Position numbers and translations under genes: made by a program. A stretch of 64,000 nucleotides of DNA from Hadesarchaea archaeon. GTDB lineage: Archaea; Hadarchaeota; Hadarchaeia; Hadarchaeales; Hadarchaeaceae. The notes under the pieces were generated by a model. The model saw nothing but the letters and a program-made list of their open reading frames with translations. It did no database searches and had not been told where the DNA came from. Below, in pieces: positions 37,546 through 47,113 of the stretch. How positions within the stretch are numbered: the stretch's first letter is position 1; each line of letters starts with the position of its first letter. The stretch lies in the NCBI GenBank assembly GCA_030601675.1, contig JAUWBN010000003.1:2255-66254 (forward strand), read 5' to 3'.

Positions 37546-38259
37546 TCAGTGGGAGCACTTCCGAAGTCCCTCAAGCAGGTCGCCCACGGATGGAAGCCTC
37601 GAGATCACAAGGGGGACGCGCAGGAGTTCGGCTATTTTTACCCCCAGCGCGTCGACGCGTTTGAGCTCACCATGTAGGATTACCATTCCTGGGGTTATCC
37701 CGATCACCTTCACCGCCACCATGGGGGAACGCCCCGTCGTCACTCCGGTGAAAACCAGCGCCCGCTCGGTGGTCAGCCCGTATAGGCGCTTAAAATCGTC
37801 GGCGGAGAGCCCCAGCACCGCCTTGTAGCTGTCGATGATGGTGTAGCCGAAGAGCTTTTGGCTGAGCAGGTCTTTGTTCGCGACGATATTACCACCCACC
37901 GCCTTACAGATTATCTTCCCATCGGTGGGCTCGCCGAACTCCCGGATCTCGAGTACGACGTCGGGCGGCAACTGGGTGCCGAACACTTGAGCGAAAGTCC
38001 TAGACACATCTCCCCCCTGTTGTTCATCGATCTTGAGGAAGGCGTTGACCACACGCTTGATGGTCGCGGCCCCGGGCGATTTCCTCCTCCCGGCCTCGTA
38101 GTCGCTGATTACCGAGGGGGAGATGTGCATCACCTTGGCGAGCGAGGTCTGGCTCATCCCGAATCGCCCCCGCCAGCGCTTGAGGGCCACCCCGGGGTCG
38201 TCGGAAATGGTTATGTCGCCGGCGATCCATCGCGCGATCCTTTCCCTCACTTCAGCCAA
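37546..38259 (-). CDS. XRE-type HTH transcriptional regulator with a C-terminal uncharacterised domain
   Basis: 237 aa with the HTH segment MSQTSLAKVMHISPSVISDYEAG. Confidence 0.65.
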   Translation of the reverse strand: MAEVRERIARWIAGDITISDDPGVALKRWRGRFGMSQTSLAKVMHISPSVISDYEAGRRKSPGAATIKRVVNAFLKIDEQQGGDVSRTFAQVFGTQLPPDVVLEIREFGEPTDGKIICKAVGGNIVANKDLLSQKLFGYTIIDSYKAVLGLSADDFKRLYGLTTERALVFTGVTTGRSPMVAVKVIGITPGMVILHGELKRVDALGVKIAELLRVPLVISRLPSVGDLLEGLRKCSH

Positions 38260-38308
38260 TGGTACACCGATATTAATCTCAGGGTCTGGGATAAAAATAT
38301 CGAGAGGC

Positions 38309-38890
38309 TCAGCTTTTGGCCCGCAGTTTTCCAGCCAGCTTGAACAGATCAGCTTTGGTCACGATGCCGGTCACTTTTCCATGTTCCACGACGAGGACTG
38401 CGGGTTCGTGTTCGAGCAAGGGGTAAACGACGTTGACATCGACATCCTTACCCACCGCAGGGAGCGGGCCCTCCATCATCTCGCTGACGCTGCGCCTGAG
38501 CAGCTTGTGCATGTTTTCACCCGCGGCGATTTTGTGCACGATCGTCGCCTCGGATATTGACCCCACCTGAGCTTCGCCATCGAGCACGGGCAGCTGCGAG
38601 ATGTCGTAGGATTTCATGAGACGGATCGCTTTTTCTATTCGGTCATCGGACTTGATGGCAACTATCGGCGAGGCCATTATCTGCTCGACGGTCACACGCT
38701 TTTCCTCGGTCGTCGCCCGCTCGAGCGCCTTGGAGATCTTCTCGAGGGTGGAGATGCGAGGATCCGCGGCACCTGCTTCGATTTTCGCGATATAGGCTTG
38801 GGTCACGCCCGCCAGCTCCGCGAGCTGCACCTGGGTAAGCCCCAACCTCGTGCGCATCACCTTCACCTCGGATGGTCTCAAAATTCGCAT
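38309..38890 (-). CDS. XRE-type HTH plus CBS-pair regulator
   Basis: 193 aa. The HTH is LTQVQLAELAGVTQAYIAKIE, followed by two CBS-like repeats. Confidence 0.7.
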   Translation of the reverse strand: MRILRPSEVKVMRTRLGLTQVQLAELAGVTQAYIAKIEAGAADPRISTLEKISKALERATTEEKRVTVEQIMASPIVAIKSDDRIEKAIRLMKSYDISQLPVLDGEAQVGSISEATIVHKIAAGENMHKLLRRSVSEMMEGPLPAVGKDVDVNVVYPLLEHEPAVLVVEHGKVTGIVTKADLFKLAGKLRAKS

Positions 38891-38975
38891 CTAAATCGCC
38901 AATTCCTGTTAGTTATATTTTGGGCAAAAACTATAAATAACTCGCCCGCAGACCGAAAATCCGCGAGGCTTTAAC

Positions 38976-40187
38976 TTGGCGCGGAACATAGTTGTCGAGG
39001 AGTTCAAGCAGGAACCTCTCGAGAAGCAGAAGTTGGAAGTTGTTGAGCGAAAGGGCCTTGGCCACCCCGACTTTATATGTGATGCGATTTTGGATCGAGT
39101 TTCAGTCGAGTTAAGCAAGGAGTATTTAAAAAAGTTTGGCACGGTCATGCATCACAATGCCGACAAGTCGCTGCTCGTCGCCGGGGAGGTCGAGACGAGA
39201 TTTGGTGGTGGCGAGGTGAAGCAACCTATGCTTTTGATCTTCGGAGACCGAGCGACCGAGGAGGTTGAGGGGGCTAGGATATCAGTAAAGGATATCGCGG
39301 TTCACGCGGCGAAGAGTTGGGTGAAGGAAAATTTGAGGTTTGTCGACCCGGAAAAGCACATGCGCTACCAAGTCGAGTTCAAGCCAGGCTCTACGGCACT
39401 CACGGACATCTTCAAGCGGAAGGGCAGGGTGCTTAGCGCTAACGACACTTCGGCTGCGGTCAGCTACGCTCCAATGACTTGGACCGAACAACTGGTACTA
39501 AAGATCGAGCGCTACCTCAACTCAAAGGAGTTCAAGAAGGAGTTCCCGGAGTCGGGTGAGGATGTCAAGGTGATGGGCTTTCGAAAGAACGACGAGCTCT
39601 ATCTAACCGTGGGTATGGCTTTCGTTGACCGATTCGTGGAGAGTGAGGACGATTACTTCAGGAAGAAGGGGAAGATCTTCGAACGGCTGCGCGCCTTCGT
39701 GGAGGAGAATTCTGATATCAAAAAGATCAAGCTCGACCTCAACACCCTCGACGTGCGTGGACGGGGCATCGGAGGGGTTTACCTCACCGTGCTCGGGACT
39801 AGCGCTGATGGGGCGGACTCAGGTCAAGTTGGGAGGGGCAATCGTCCAAACGGTGTGATTCCGCTCAACCGTCATGTGGGCTCGGAGGCGGCGGCGGGCA
39901 AGAACCCCGTTAGCCACGTGGGTAAGATTTACAACTTGCTCACACACCGAATCGCGAACGAAATTTACAGTCAAGTTTCGGGATTGGATGAGGTCTACGT
40001 TTGGTTGGTTAGTCAGATAGGGAAACCCATCGATGATCCAGCGATCGCCGCTGTCAGGGTCATCATGAAGTCGGGCACCACGATCGAGAGCGTCCGGGGG
40101 CAGATAGCGGAAGTGGTGGACGCGGAGCTCGAGCACATCGATAAGTTTTGTATGGAGCTCGCTGAAGGAAAAATCCCAGTCTGTTGA
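38976..40187 (+). CDS. Archaeal-type S-adenosylmethionine synthetase
   Basis: 403 aa with the N-terminus RNIVVEE...ERKGLGHPDFICD, typical of archaeal MAT. Confidence 0.9.
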   Translation: MARNIVVEEFKQEPLEKQKLEVVERKGLGHPDFICDAILDRVSVELSKEYLKKFGTVMHHNADKSLLVAGEVETRFGGGEVKQPMLLIFGDRATEEVEGARISVKDIAVHAAKSWVKENLRFVDPEKHMRYQVEFKPGSTALTDIFKRKGRVLSANDTSAAVSYAPMTWTEQLVLKIERYLNSKEFKKEFPESGEDVKVMGFRKNDELYLTVGMAFVDRFVESEDDYFRKKGKIFERLRAFVEENSDIKKIKLDLNTLDVRGRGIGGVYLTVLGTSADGADSGQVGRGNRPNGVIPLNRHVGSEAAAGKNPVSHVGKIYNLLTHRIANEIYSQVSGLDEVYVWLVSQIGKPIDDPAIAAVRVIMKSGTTIESVRGQIAEVVDAELEHIDKFCMELAEGKIPVC

Positions 40188-40260
40188 GCTTTCGAATTTC
40201 AAGCGGAAGGCCTTTGTAAGAATCATTCAAAGTTGTAGTGGCGATTAAATCTTCCAAATC

Positions 40261-41748
40261 TTGTGCCGCGATGGCATGGGTCGAGTGGGTAAACTTAGCA
40301 CCCCTCACGGCGATGTGACAACCCCAGCCCTCATGCCTGTTATCGATCCGTCGGACGTAATTCTATCACCCAACCAGATGCAGCGCGAGTTTGGCATTGA
40401 ACTGGTGATAACCAACGCCTACCTGACACTTCGCCACTTCGGCGAGGAAGCCGCGGAGCGGGGGGTCCACGGTGCGCTCGACCACGATGGCCCGATTATG
40501 ACCGACTCGGGCGGCTACCAAATCCTGCGCTATGGAGGTGTCGAAGTTTCACCTGAAGAAATCGTGCGCTATCAGGATGCGATTGCCCCAGACATCGCGA
40601 CTATCCTTGATATCCCGACCGGTGTTCAAGCGACCAAAGAGCGTGCAGCTGAGACGGTACGGATAACACTTGAGCGAGCCAAGCAAGCGGTTGAACTCAG
40701 GTCCAACTCTAAGGTGATGTGGTGCGGCCCGGTGCAGGGGGGCCTCTTTAGCGAGCTGGTCGCCCAAAGCGCACGCGAGGTTGGGAAGCTCGACTATCAA
40801 CTGCACGCGATAGGAAGCCCTGTCGAGTTGCTCGAGGGATATCGCTACGCGGAGCTCGTGGATCTCGTCATGACAGCGAAGCAACATCTGCCACCCGATC
40901 GCCCCGCGCATCTTTTCGGCGCTGGGCACCCCATGATGTTTGCACTCGCTGTGGCAATGGGCTGCGACCTCTTCGATTCCGCTGCGTATGTGATTTACGC
41001 GCGTGACGGGCGTTACATGACCTCGGAGGGGACCTTTCACCTCGATGAGCTATCATACCTACCATGTGAGTGCCCTGTTTGTGCGCAGTATTCACCCGAT
41101 GAGCTCAGGCGCGTTCCGCAGGACGAACGGGTCAAGCTCTTGGCTAGGCACAATCTTCATGTAACATTCGGCGAACTGCGGCGCATCCGTCAAGCGATCG
41201 TCGAGGGGGGCCTAGGGGAGCACGTCGAGTTGCGGTGTCGCGCCCATCCGCGGCTGCTCGATGGGCTTCGGAGGTTGGCGAGGTATAGAGATTTCATCGA
41301 GCGGTTTGATCCAGTGACAAAGCCTTCGGCATTCTGCTACCTCGGTGAGGAATCGGTGAATCGCCCAGAGGTCGCGCGCCATAGGAAGAGACTCGAAGAA
41401 CGCTATGAGCCGCCCAAGCTGCCCATCTTAGTGCTCTTGCCCGTTTTTGGGAGAGAGTGGCCGAAGCTCGAGGAACCCGAGCGGACCCACCTCGTGAAGC
41501 TCGTGCCCCCATTTGGCGTCGTCCCCGAGGAGCTCGAGGAGGTTTATCCGCTCGGGCAGTTTCAGGTGCCTCACGAGCTCGACGCGGTGCAGATCAAATC
41601 GGTGACAGAGACCATTTCTCGCTTCCTCGAGAGGTACGGTGGGCGTTACGAGCGGGTTCTTTTGTTTAACGACGAGCGACGATGGGGTAAATCACTCGTC
41701 GAAGCGTGCAAAAAGGTAGGGGAAAAACTAAAAGTAATCCAGTTTTGA
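40261..41748 (+). CDS. tgtA: tRNA-guanine(15) transglycosylase (ArcTGT) without an obvious PUA domain
   Basis: 495 aa with RDGMGRVGKLSTPHG...TPALMPV, MTDSGGYQ, and the Zn site CECPVC. TTG start. Confidence 0.8.
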   Translation: MCRDGMGRVGKLSTPHGDVTTPALMPVIDPSDVILSPNQMQREFGIELVITNAYLTLRHFGEEAAERGVHGALDHDGPIMTDSGGYQILRYGGVEVSPEEIVRYQDAIAPDIATILDIPTGVQATKERAAETVRITLERAKQAVELRSNSKVMWCGPVQGGLFSELVAQSAREVGKLDYQLHAIGSPVELLEGYRYAELVDLVMTAKQHLPPDRPAHLFGAGHPMMFALAVAMGCDLFDSAAYVIYARDGRYMTSEGTFHLDELSYLPCECPVCAQYSPDELRRVPQDERVKLLARHNLHVTFGELRRIRQAIVEGGLGEHVELRCRAHPRLLDGLRRLARYRDFIERFDPVTKPSAFCYLGEESVNRPEVARHRKRLEERYEPPKLPILVLLPVFGREWPKLEEPERTHLVKLVPPFGVVPEELEEVYPLGQFQVPHELDAVQIKSVTETISRFLERYGGRYERVLLFNDERRWGKSLVEACKKVGEKLKVIQF

Positions 41749-41824
41749 TGCACAAAAATGCCCCCACAAAAATTAAATAACCGAAGCGCACAACTAATTC
41801 AAGGCTTGGCCGGGGGGATGAAGC

Positions 41825-42265
41825 GTGGATAGCGTCGACATGAAACTTTTGAAGATGCTAAGCGACGATGCACACGTTTCGCTGCGCAAGATGGGGCGCG
41901 AGGTCGGCCTCAGCACCTCTGGGGTGCGGCGGCGGGTCAAGCAGCTCGAGCGCTTCGGCCTGATCAAACAATACTCAGCGTTGATAGACCCTCAAAAATT
42001 CGGCTACGGGGTGATGGCGTTCGTCAGCATCGACGTCGATAGTAGGAACATGCGCGAGCTCGTTCGTTCTCTGTCACACTGCCACCAAGTATGCGAGCTC
42101 CATCACACGACGGGGGGCCATGGATTAATGCTGAAGGTACGTGCCCGCGACGTGGAAAGCTTAAAGAATTTCGTTGACGACCGCATCCAGTCATTCGACT
42201 CGGTGAAGAGCGTTCGAACGATCGTGGCAATGGAAACCATCAAGGAGAACCTCTTGAACCTCTAG
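41825..42265 (+). CDS. Lrp/AsnC family transcriptional regulator
   Basis: 146 aa with an N-terminal HTH (LLKMLSDDAHVSLRKMGREVGLSTSGVRRRV) and a RAM domain. Confidence 0.85.
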   Translation: MDSVDMKLLKMLSDDAHVSLRKMGREVGLSTSGVRRRVKQLERFGLIKQYSALIDPQKFGYGVMAFVSIDVDSRNMRELVRSLSHCHQVCELHHTTGGHGLMLKVRARDVESLKNFVDDRIQSFDSVKSVRTIVAMETIKENLLNL

Positions 42266-42273
42266 GTGCTGAG

Positions 42274-42504
42274 ATGCGGGAAGCCGAGGCAAAACTCGTT
42301 CGAGATTCATTTTCATCGGTTATGCCATACCTTGCTTATCCACAGGAGCTCCGGAGCTTGATCGAGCGAACGCTTGGTGAGAGTGCAGGTATTGAAGTAT
42401 TCATTGAGGGGCTCAGGCAGGCGATTTCAGCCGAAGCTGACACCACACGCAAAACAGATGGGCAGATCTTCCTGAATGAGCTTCGGCGCCGCCTTCCCAA
42501 GTGA
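42274..42504 (+). CDS. Hypothetical small protein
   Basis: 76-aa ORF lying 8 nt after the lrp-like gene. I recognised no motif. Confidence 0.35.
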   Translation: MREAEAKLVRDSFSSVMPYLAYPQELRSLIERTLGESAGIEVFIEGLRQAISAEADTTRKTDGQIFLNELRRRLPK

Positions 42505-42554
42505 AATCCCAATTGGTTTAAGTTTGAGTACAAGCATAGGAATTGAGGGAACCC

Positions 42555-43490
42555 ATGGCACGCGCTGAGGTCAAGCAAATCGCGCGGGATATCCGAACGA
42601 TGCGCATACGAGGTGCCGGCAGGATCGCTCGCGCTGCGGCTCGAGCCTTAAAACTTACTGCGAAGGCGACCCGAGCCAAGACGCCAGCCGGGTTCACGAG
42701 GGAGCTCGATTACGTTTCAAAACTTTTGCTGGCTACCCGCCCGACAGCGGTCTCGCTTCCCAATGCGGTCCGCTACGTCACGCTGGGTGCGAAGCGAGCA
42801 AGGGGGACCGATCTGCAGACGCTTCGGAGGGGGATCATCTCTCATGCGGACGAGTTTATCCGTGATTCAAGGGGAGCTGTCAAGCGAATAGGTGAAATCG
42901 GCGCGCGTCGCATCTCCGATGGCGACGTAGTGCTCACCCACTGCAACAGCGACTGCGCGCTCGCGGTAATCAAGGCGGCTTTTGAGCAGGGCAAGCGCAT
43001 CCAAGCATTCGTCACCGAGTCACGCCCGAGCCGGCAGGGTTTGATAAGTGTGCGAGAGCTGAAAAAAGCAGGCATTCCCACCACCCTTATCGTTGACTCG
43101 GCTGTGCGCTATTTCATCCGCGACATTGACAAAGTCATCGTTGGTGCAGACAGCATCGCGGCAAATGGAGCAGTGATCAACAAGATAGGGACCTCGCAAA
43201 TCGCCCTCATCGCTCACGAGGCTCGAGTGTTATTCTTCGCCGCCGCAGAGAGCTACAAGTTCCACCCTGGGACGCTTGTGGGGAGGTTGGTCGAGATCGA
43301 GGAGCGCTCGCCGAAGGAGATCATCAACCCCAAGCGCTTTCCGGGCGTGAAAATTCGTAACCCAGTCTTCGATGTCACGCCACCCGATTATATCGACCTC
43401 ATCATAACCGAGCGGGGCATAATCCCACCCTCAGCGGCTTACACGGTGATCCAGGAGCTCTTCGAGTGGAGGCCGGGCGAGGAAATTTAA
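42555..43490 (+). CDS. Ribose-1,5-bisphosphate isomerase-like protein (eIF-2B family, e2b2 branch)
   Basis: MARAEVKQIARDIRTMRIRGAGRIARAAA resembles the Thermococcus R15P isomerase N-terminus, from memory. ATG 42555 follows the SD gaggg. Confidence 0.7.
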   Translation: MARAEVKQIARDIRTMRIRGAGRIARAAARALKLTAKATRAKTPAGFTRELDYVSKLLLATRPTAVSLPNAVRYVTLGAKRARGTDLQTLRRGIISHADEFIRDSRGAVKRIGEIGARRISDGDVVLTHCNSDCALAVIKAAFEQGKRIQAFVTESRPSRQGLISVRELKKAGIPTTLIVDSAVRYFIRDIDKVIVGADSIAANGAVINKIGTSQIALIAHEARVLFFAAAESYKFHPGTLVGRLVEIEERSPKEIINPKRFPGVKIRNPVFDVTPPDYIDLIITERGIIPPSAAYTVIQELFEWRPGEEI

Positions 43491-43563
43491 GGATTTAAAT
43501 GAACAAGGCTTGGGTTCGACGTCTTGGGCAGCGAAATGCTTATAGAACGCTGATAAAACCGTA

Positions 43564-43932
43564 TTGATACAAAAATGCCGAGGTGATTTAATGGGTGAGA
43601 TAGAAAAATCTATAGCGGATTTTCAAGAAATGATGGGGGTTCTCTCGAAAGAAAGTAGAGAAGCGATGCACCACTTCAGAGCCTTCATGGATTCAGTGCT
43701 TGAAAAAAAGGTTCTAGACACCAAAACTAAGGAGTTAATTGCCCTAGGAACTGCGATAACCGCGAGGTGCAAGTACTGCATCGCCATACACGTCAAAAAA
43801 TCGCTCGCGGCCGGTGCTACTAGGGAAGAGATATTGGAAGCAGCCACAGTAGCTATCTTGATGGGTGGAGGTCCAGCCTTAACCTATGTGACGGAGGTTA
43901 AGAAAGCGTTGGACGAATTTGCAATCAAATAA
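43564..43932 (+). CDS. Carboxymuconolactone decarboxylase / AhpD-like protein
   Basis: CxxC motif (ARCKYCIAIH). About 113-122 aa depending on the start. Confidence 0.7.
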   Translation: MIQKCRGDLMGEIEKSIADFQEMMGVLSKESREAMHHFRAFMDSVLEKKVLDTKTKELIALGTAITARCKYCIAIHVKKSLAAGATREEILEAATVAILMGGGPALTYVTEVKKALDEFAIK

Positions 43933-43971
43933 TTTAAGCGCATCAACCCCCTCGGCTAAAGAGGGGGGCCC

Positions 43972-44451
43972 TTGGAGAAGTCGAAGGCAGAGCAGCTCGT
44001 GTTGATTTTCGACCCCGAGCGGTGCACGGGCTGCCGGTACTGCGAGATCGCATGCTCATTCCAACACTACGGCACGCTTACCCCCGAGCGATCCCACATC
44101 CGAATATTTGTCGACCCACAGCGGATGGAGCTCGAGGCCTCAGATTGCCAGCACTGCGAGGAACCGGCGTGTGCCGCGGCCTGCCACGAGGATGCGATAG
44201 CGAAGGATGAGACGAAGGGATGGGTTACGCTAAATTCAATGAAGTGCACAGGTTGCTACTCGTGCATCTTCGCCTGCCCGCTCTCTTGCCCTTGGTTTGA
44301 CAAAGAGCATCGCGTAGCGGCAAAGTGCGATTTCTGCGATGGGGATCCCGTGTGCGTGAAATATTGCTCACCCCAAGCGATAAGAGTGGGAACCCGGGCC
44401 GAGGCGCTCAAGTTTGCCCGCCAGCGCTACAGGAGGGAAAAAAGTGCCTAG
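43972..44451 (+). CDS. CooF/HycB-like ferredoxin with four Cys clusters
   Basis: Cys motifs: CTGCRYCEIAC, CQHCEEPACAAAC, CTGCYSCIFACP, CDFCDGDPVCVKYC. Confidence 0.8.
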   Translation: MEKSKAEQLVLIFDPERCTGCRYCEIACSFQHYGTLTPERSHIRIFVDPQRMELEASDCQHCEEPACAAACHEDAIAKDETKGWVTLNSMKCTGCYSCIFACPLSCPWFDKEHRVAAKCDFCDGDPVCVKYCSPQAIRVGTRAEALKFARQRYRREKSA

Positions 44452-45106
44452 CGGCGCCGAGATCGTCGAGCGGCTCAAGTCTGAGGCGGGAGTGCTGAGC
44501 GCGGGCGTGGAGCGCGAGCGGAAGGTTAGTGCAGCGATCGAGTCAGCCGCCATTCAAAATATTGCTCAAACCCTGTTCAACTCGGGGGCGAGGTTCGTGA
44601 TCATCGCGGCCGCCGACAAAGGCTTGGATATTGACTTGCTTTATCACTTCGACTTGGGAGGTACCCTCATCGTCCTGCAGACCTCGGTCGCGAAGGAAGC
44701 GCCCGAAATTGAAAGCATCGCTGAACTGGTGCCAGCGGCGGAGTGGGCGGAGAAGGAGGTGGCAGAGCTCTTCGGCGTGAACTTCCGAGGGCATCCAAAG
44801 CCGGGCCACTTCCAGCTGCCTGACGATTGGCCCACCGGCGATTACCCGTTGGGTAAGCCGTTCAAGCCAAAGCTACCCGATGAGATCTGCCCCGTCGCGG
44901 AGTCCATAACCTCAGTGGGTGCAACGGCTCCGCTGACGCCGCTGATGCAGCGGAAGCGTGAGGAAGCAGGTCTGCCAGCCCAGCCGCCGGCCAGCTACTC
45001 AGACGAGGCATCGCTGCGCGAGGTCCACGAGCTTGCAAGGTACACGGAGTTCGACAAGCTGGCCGGGTACGATTGGAAGAAGAAAAAATTGAGGGGAAGC
45101 AGGTGA
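44444..45106 (+). CDS. NuoC/MbhK-like (30-kDa) hydrogenase/complex I module subunit
   Basis: DIDLLYHFDLGG...AAEWAEKEVAELFGVNFRGHP is typical of NuoC/HycE-N. GTG 44444 follows the SD ggaggg and overlaps the ferredoxin stop. Confidence 0.75.
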   Translation: MPSGAEIVERLKSEAGVLSAGVERERKVSAAIESAAIQNIAQTLFNSGARFVIIAAADKGLDIDLLYHFDLGGTLIVLQTSVAKEAPEIESIAELVPAAEWAEKEVAELFGVNFRGHPKPGHFQLPDDWPTGDYPLGKPFKPKLPDEICPVAESITSVGATAPLTPLMQRKREEAGLPAQPPASYSDEASLREVHELARYTEFDKLAGYDWKKKKLRGSR

Positions 45107-45981
45107 AAAAATACGCGGTGTTCTTAGGTTGCTTGATTCCCCAGCGGCTACCAAGCGTCGAGCTTGCGGCGCGCAAAGTTTTCGAACTCACTAACATTGA
45201 GGCAGTGGATCTAGAGGGCTACACCTGCTGTCCAGATCCGATCCTAGCGCGCCTCATGGATCGAAAGATGGGGCTGAGCCTCGCCGCGAGGAACCTCAGC
45301 TTGGCCGAAAAGCTCGGGCTCGACCTCGTGGTGCTGTGCAACGGTTGTTACGAGACGCTGTTCGAGGGGAATGAAAGCCTGAAACACGAGCCGGAGCTTA
45401 GGAGAGAGGTCAACGAGACCCTCGCCCGAATTGGGAGGAGCTACGAGGGCAAGATAGATGTCAATCATGTGGTCGAGGTGCTTTACGAGGATGTTGGAAT
45501 AGAGCGCATCAAAAAACTTGTCAGGCGACCCATCCGGGCGAAGCTGGTGATCCACCCAGGTTGCCACCTCTTCCGGGAGCACGAAGGGGTCGACATATGG
45601 CGAAAGATTAGGCAGCTGGAGGAGCTCGTTCTCGCGACGGGGGCGGAAGTCGTACACAGCAAGCTAGATCGCCTGTGCTGTGGCTTCCCCACGATGGCGG
45701 TAAACGAGGAGCTGGCGCTCAAGCAAAACTTGCAACCGAAGCTCGAGTGCTACCAACACGCTGGCGTCGATGGGGTGGTCGTGTGCTGCCCAGCGTGCGG
45801 TGTCCAGTTTGAGACCGGGCAGGTGCTGCTTCGAAAGTACGGTGCCAGATTCAACATCCCCTGCCTGCACGTGGTCGAGCTACTTGCGCTTGCGTTCGGG
45901 GTCCCGGCCCGAGAGCTGGCGCTGGGCTTCCACCGCAGTCCCGTGCCCCAGCTGGCGGCGAAGGTGGTTGGAGATGTCTAA
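45103..45981 (+). CDS. HdrB-like protein with two CCG domains
   Basis: The KYAVFLGC N-terminus is present, with CCG domain 1 (CCPDP...CNGC) and CCG domain 2 (CCGFP...CCPAC). GTG 45103 overlaps the upstream stop. Confidence 0.75.
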   Translation: MKKYAVFLGCLIPQRLPSVELAARKVFELTNIEAVDLEGYTCCPDPILARLMDRKMGLSLAARNLSLAEKLGLDLVVLCNGCYETLFEGNESLKHEPELRREVNETLARIGRSYEGKIDVNHVVEVLYEDVGIERIKKLVRRPIRAKLVIHPGCHLFREHEGVDIWRKIRQLEELVLATGAEVVHSKLDRLCCGFPTMAVNEELALKQNLQPKLECYQHAGVDGVVVCCPACGVQFETGQVLLRKYGARFNIPCLHVVELLALAFGVPARELALGFHRSPVPQLAAKVVGDV

Positions 45982-47113
45982 GGTAATCATGGTGGGTCCG
46001 TATCATCCGGCGCTGCTCGAGCCGGAACTCTACGAGGTCACCGTGCGGGATAAAAAAATAGTGGATGTTGGGATCAAGCAGGGCTACACCCACCGAGGCA
46101 TCGAGCGATTGATGGAGACAAAGAGCTTCCACCAGAACATCATACTCGCCGAACGCATCTGCGGACTCTGCTCCCAGGCCCACTCCTGCTCCTACTGCCA
46201 GACGGTCGAGGGACTTTTTGGCGTTGAAATTCCGGAACGGGCCTCGTACATCCGCGCGTTGGTCTTTGAGCTCGAGCGCCTTCACAGCCATTACATGTGG
46301 CTGGCGCTGCTCTTCCACACGCTCGGCGACGAGCAGCGGTTTATCAAAATAATCGATGCGCGCGAGCGACTGATGGACCTGTTCGAACTGGTATGTGGCA
46401 ACCGCGTGCACTACTCGATAAATGCGTTGGGCGGGGTCAGGCGGGACCTGAAGCCGGAGGCGGCCAGGCGGGTTAAAACTCTCTTACCCGAACTAGAGCG
46501 TTTGACCGAGGATATCATGCGTGCTCTGAAGAGCGCAGCGCCAAAGCTTGAGGGCAAGGGACCACTGTCCAAGGAGGAGGCCCTAGCCTATGGTGTCGTG
46601 GGGCCCGTGCTCCGCGCGTCGGGTGTGAAGAGCGACATTAGGCGAGATGATCCCTATGCGGCGTATGGGGAGGTCGATTTCGAGGTAATCACAGAGGATG
46701 GCTGTGATGTCTTGGCGCGGGCGTTGGTGAGGGCCCGGGAGACCCACGAGAGCGCGGACATCATCCAGCAGCTGCTTGGGGGCCTTCCGGCTGGAGACAT
46801 CAAAACCGAGGTCGGCAAGCCGCCCGCGGGCGAGGAGTCGGGCAGGGTCGAGGCGCCCCGCGGGGAGTTGATTTATTTCATCAGGTCGAACGGCAGCAAC
46901 ATTCCCGAGCGGGTGAAGCTCAGGCCCCCGACCTACATGAACGATCGCGCGGTCGTCGAGATGTTACGGGAGCAAGAACTCATTGACCTGCCGGTTATCT
47001 TGGAGAGCTTGGATCGATGCATTTCCTGCACCAATCGTCTGACGGTGATCGATGAGCGAACGGGCAAGAGGCGGTTCGTGAGTTTAACCGACCTCAAGAG
47101 GGGAACGTCATGA
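45974..47113 (+). CDS. [NiFe] hydrogenase large subunit, group-4 (NuoD/EchE/MbhL-like)
   Basis: About 380 aa from ATG 45974. The N-terminal NiFe motif is RICGLCSQAH. The C-terminal motif DRCISCTNR is followed by a 24-aa extension. The upstream 68 codons of the ORF track overlap the HdrB-like gene and are rejected. Confidence 0.8.
   Translation: MSKVIMVGPYHPALLEPELYEVTVRDKKIVDVGIKQGYTHRGIERLMETKSFHQNIILAERICGLCSQAHSCSYCQTVEGLFGVEIPERASYIRALVFELERLHSHYMWLALLFHTLGDEQRFIKIIDARERLMDLFELVCGNRVHYSINALGGVRRDLKPEAARRVKTLLPELERLTEDIMRALKSAAPKLEGKGPLSKEEALAYGVVGPVLRASGVKSDIRRDDPYAAYGEVDFEVITEDGCDVLARALVRARETHESADIIQQLLGGLPAGDIKTEVGKPPAGEESGRVEAPRGELIYFIRSNGSNIPERVKLRPPTYMNDRAVVEMLREQELIDLPVILESLDRCISCTNRLTVIDERTGKRRFVSLTDLKRGTS

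Noticed and set aside
40549-41040. 163-aa ORF antisense to ArcTGT
   Set aside because: Same reasoning: it lies inside a confident gene and has an off-frame composition.
45770-45973. Upstream 68 codons of the ORF-track call for the hydrogenase large subunit
   Set aside because: This part overlaps the 3' end of the HdrB-like gene in another frame and is R/S/P-rich. ATG 45974 (MSKVIMVGPYHP) gives the normal NuoD/EchE-like N-terminus with a short overlap, like the other junctions in the operon.
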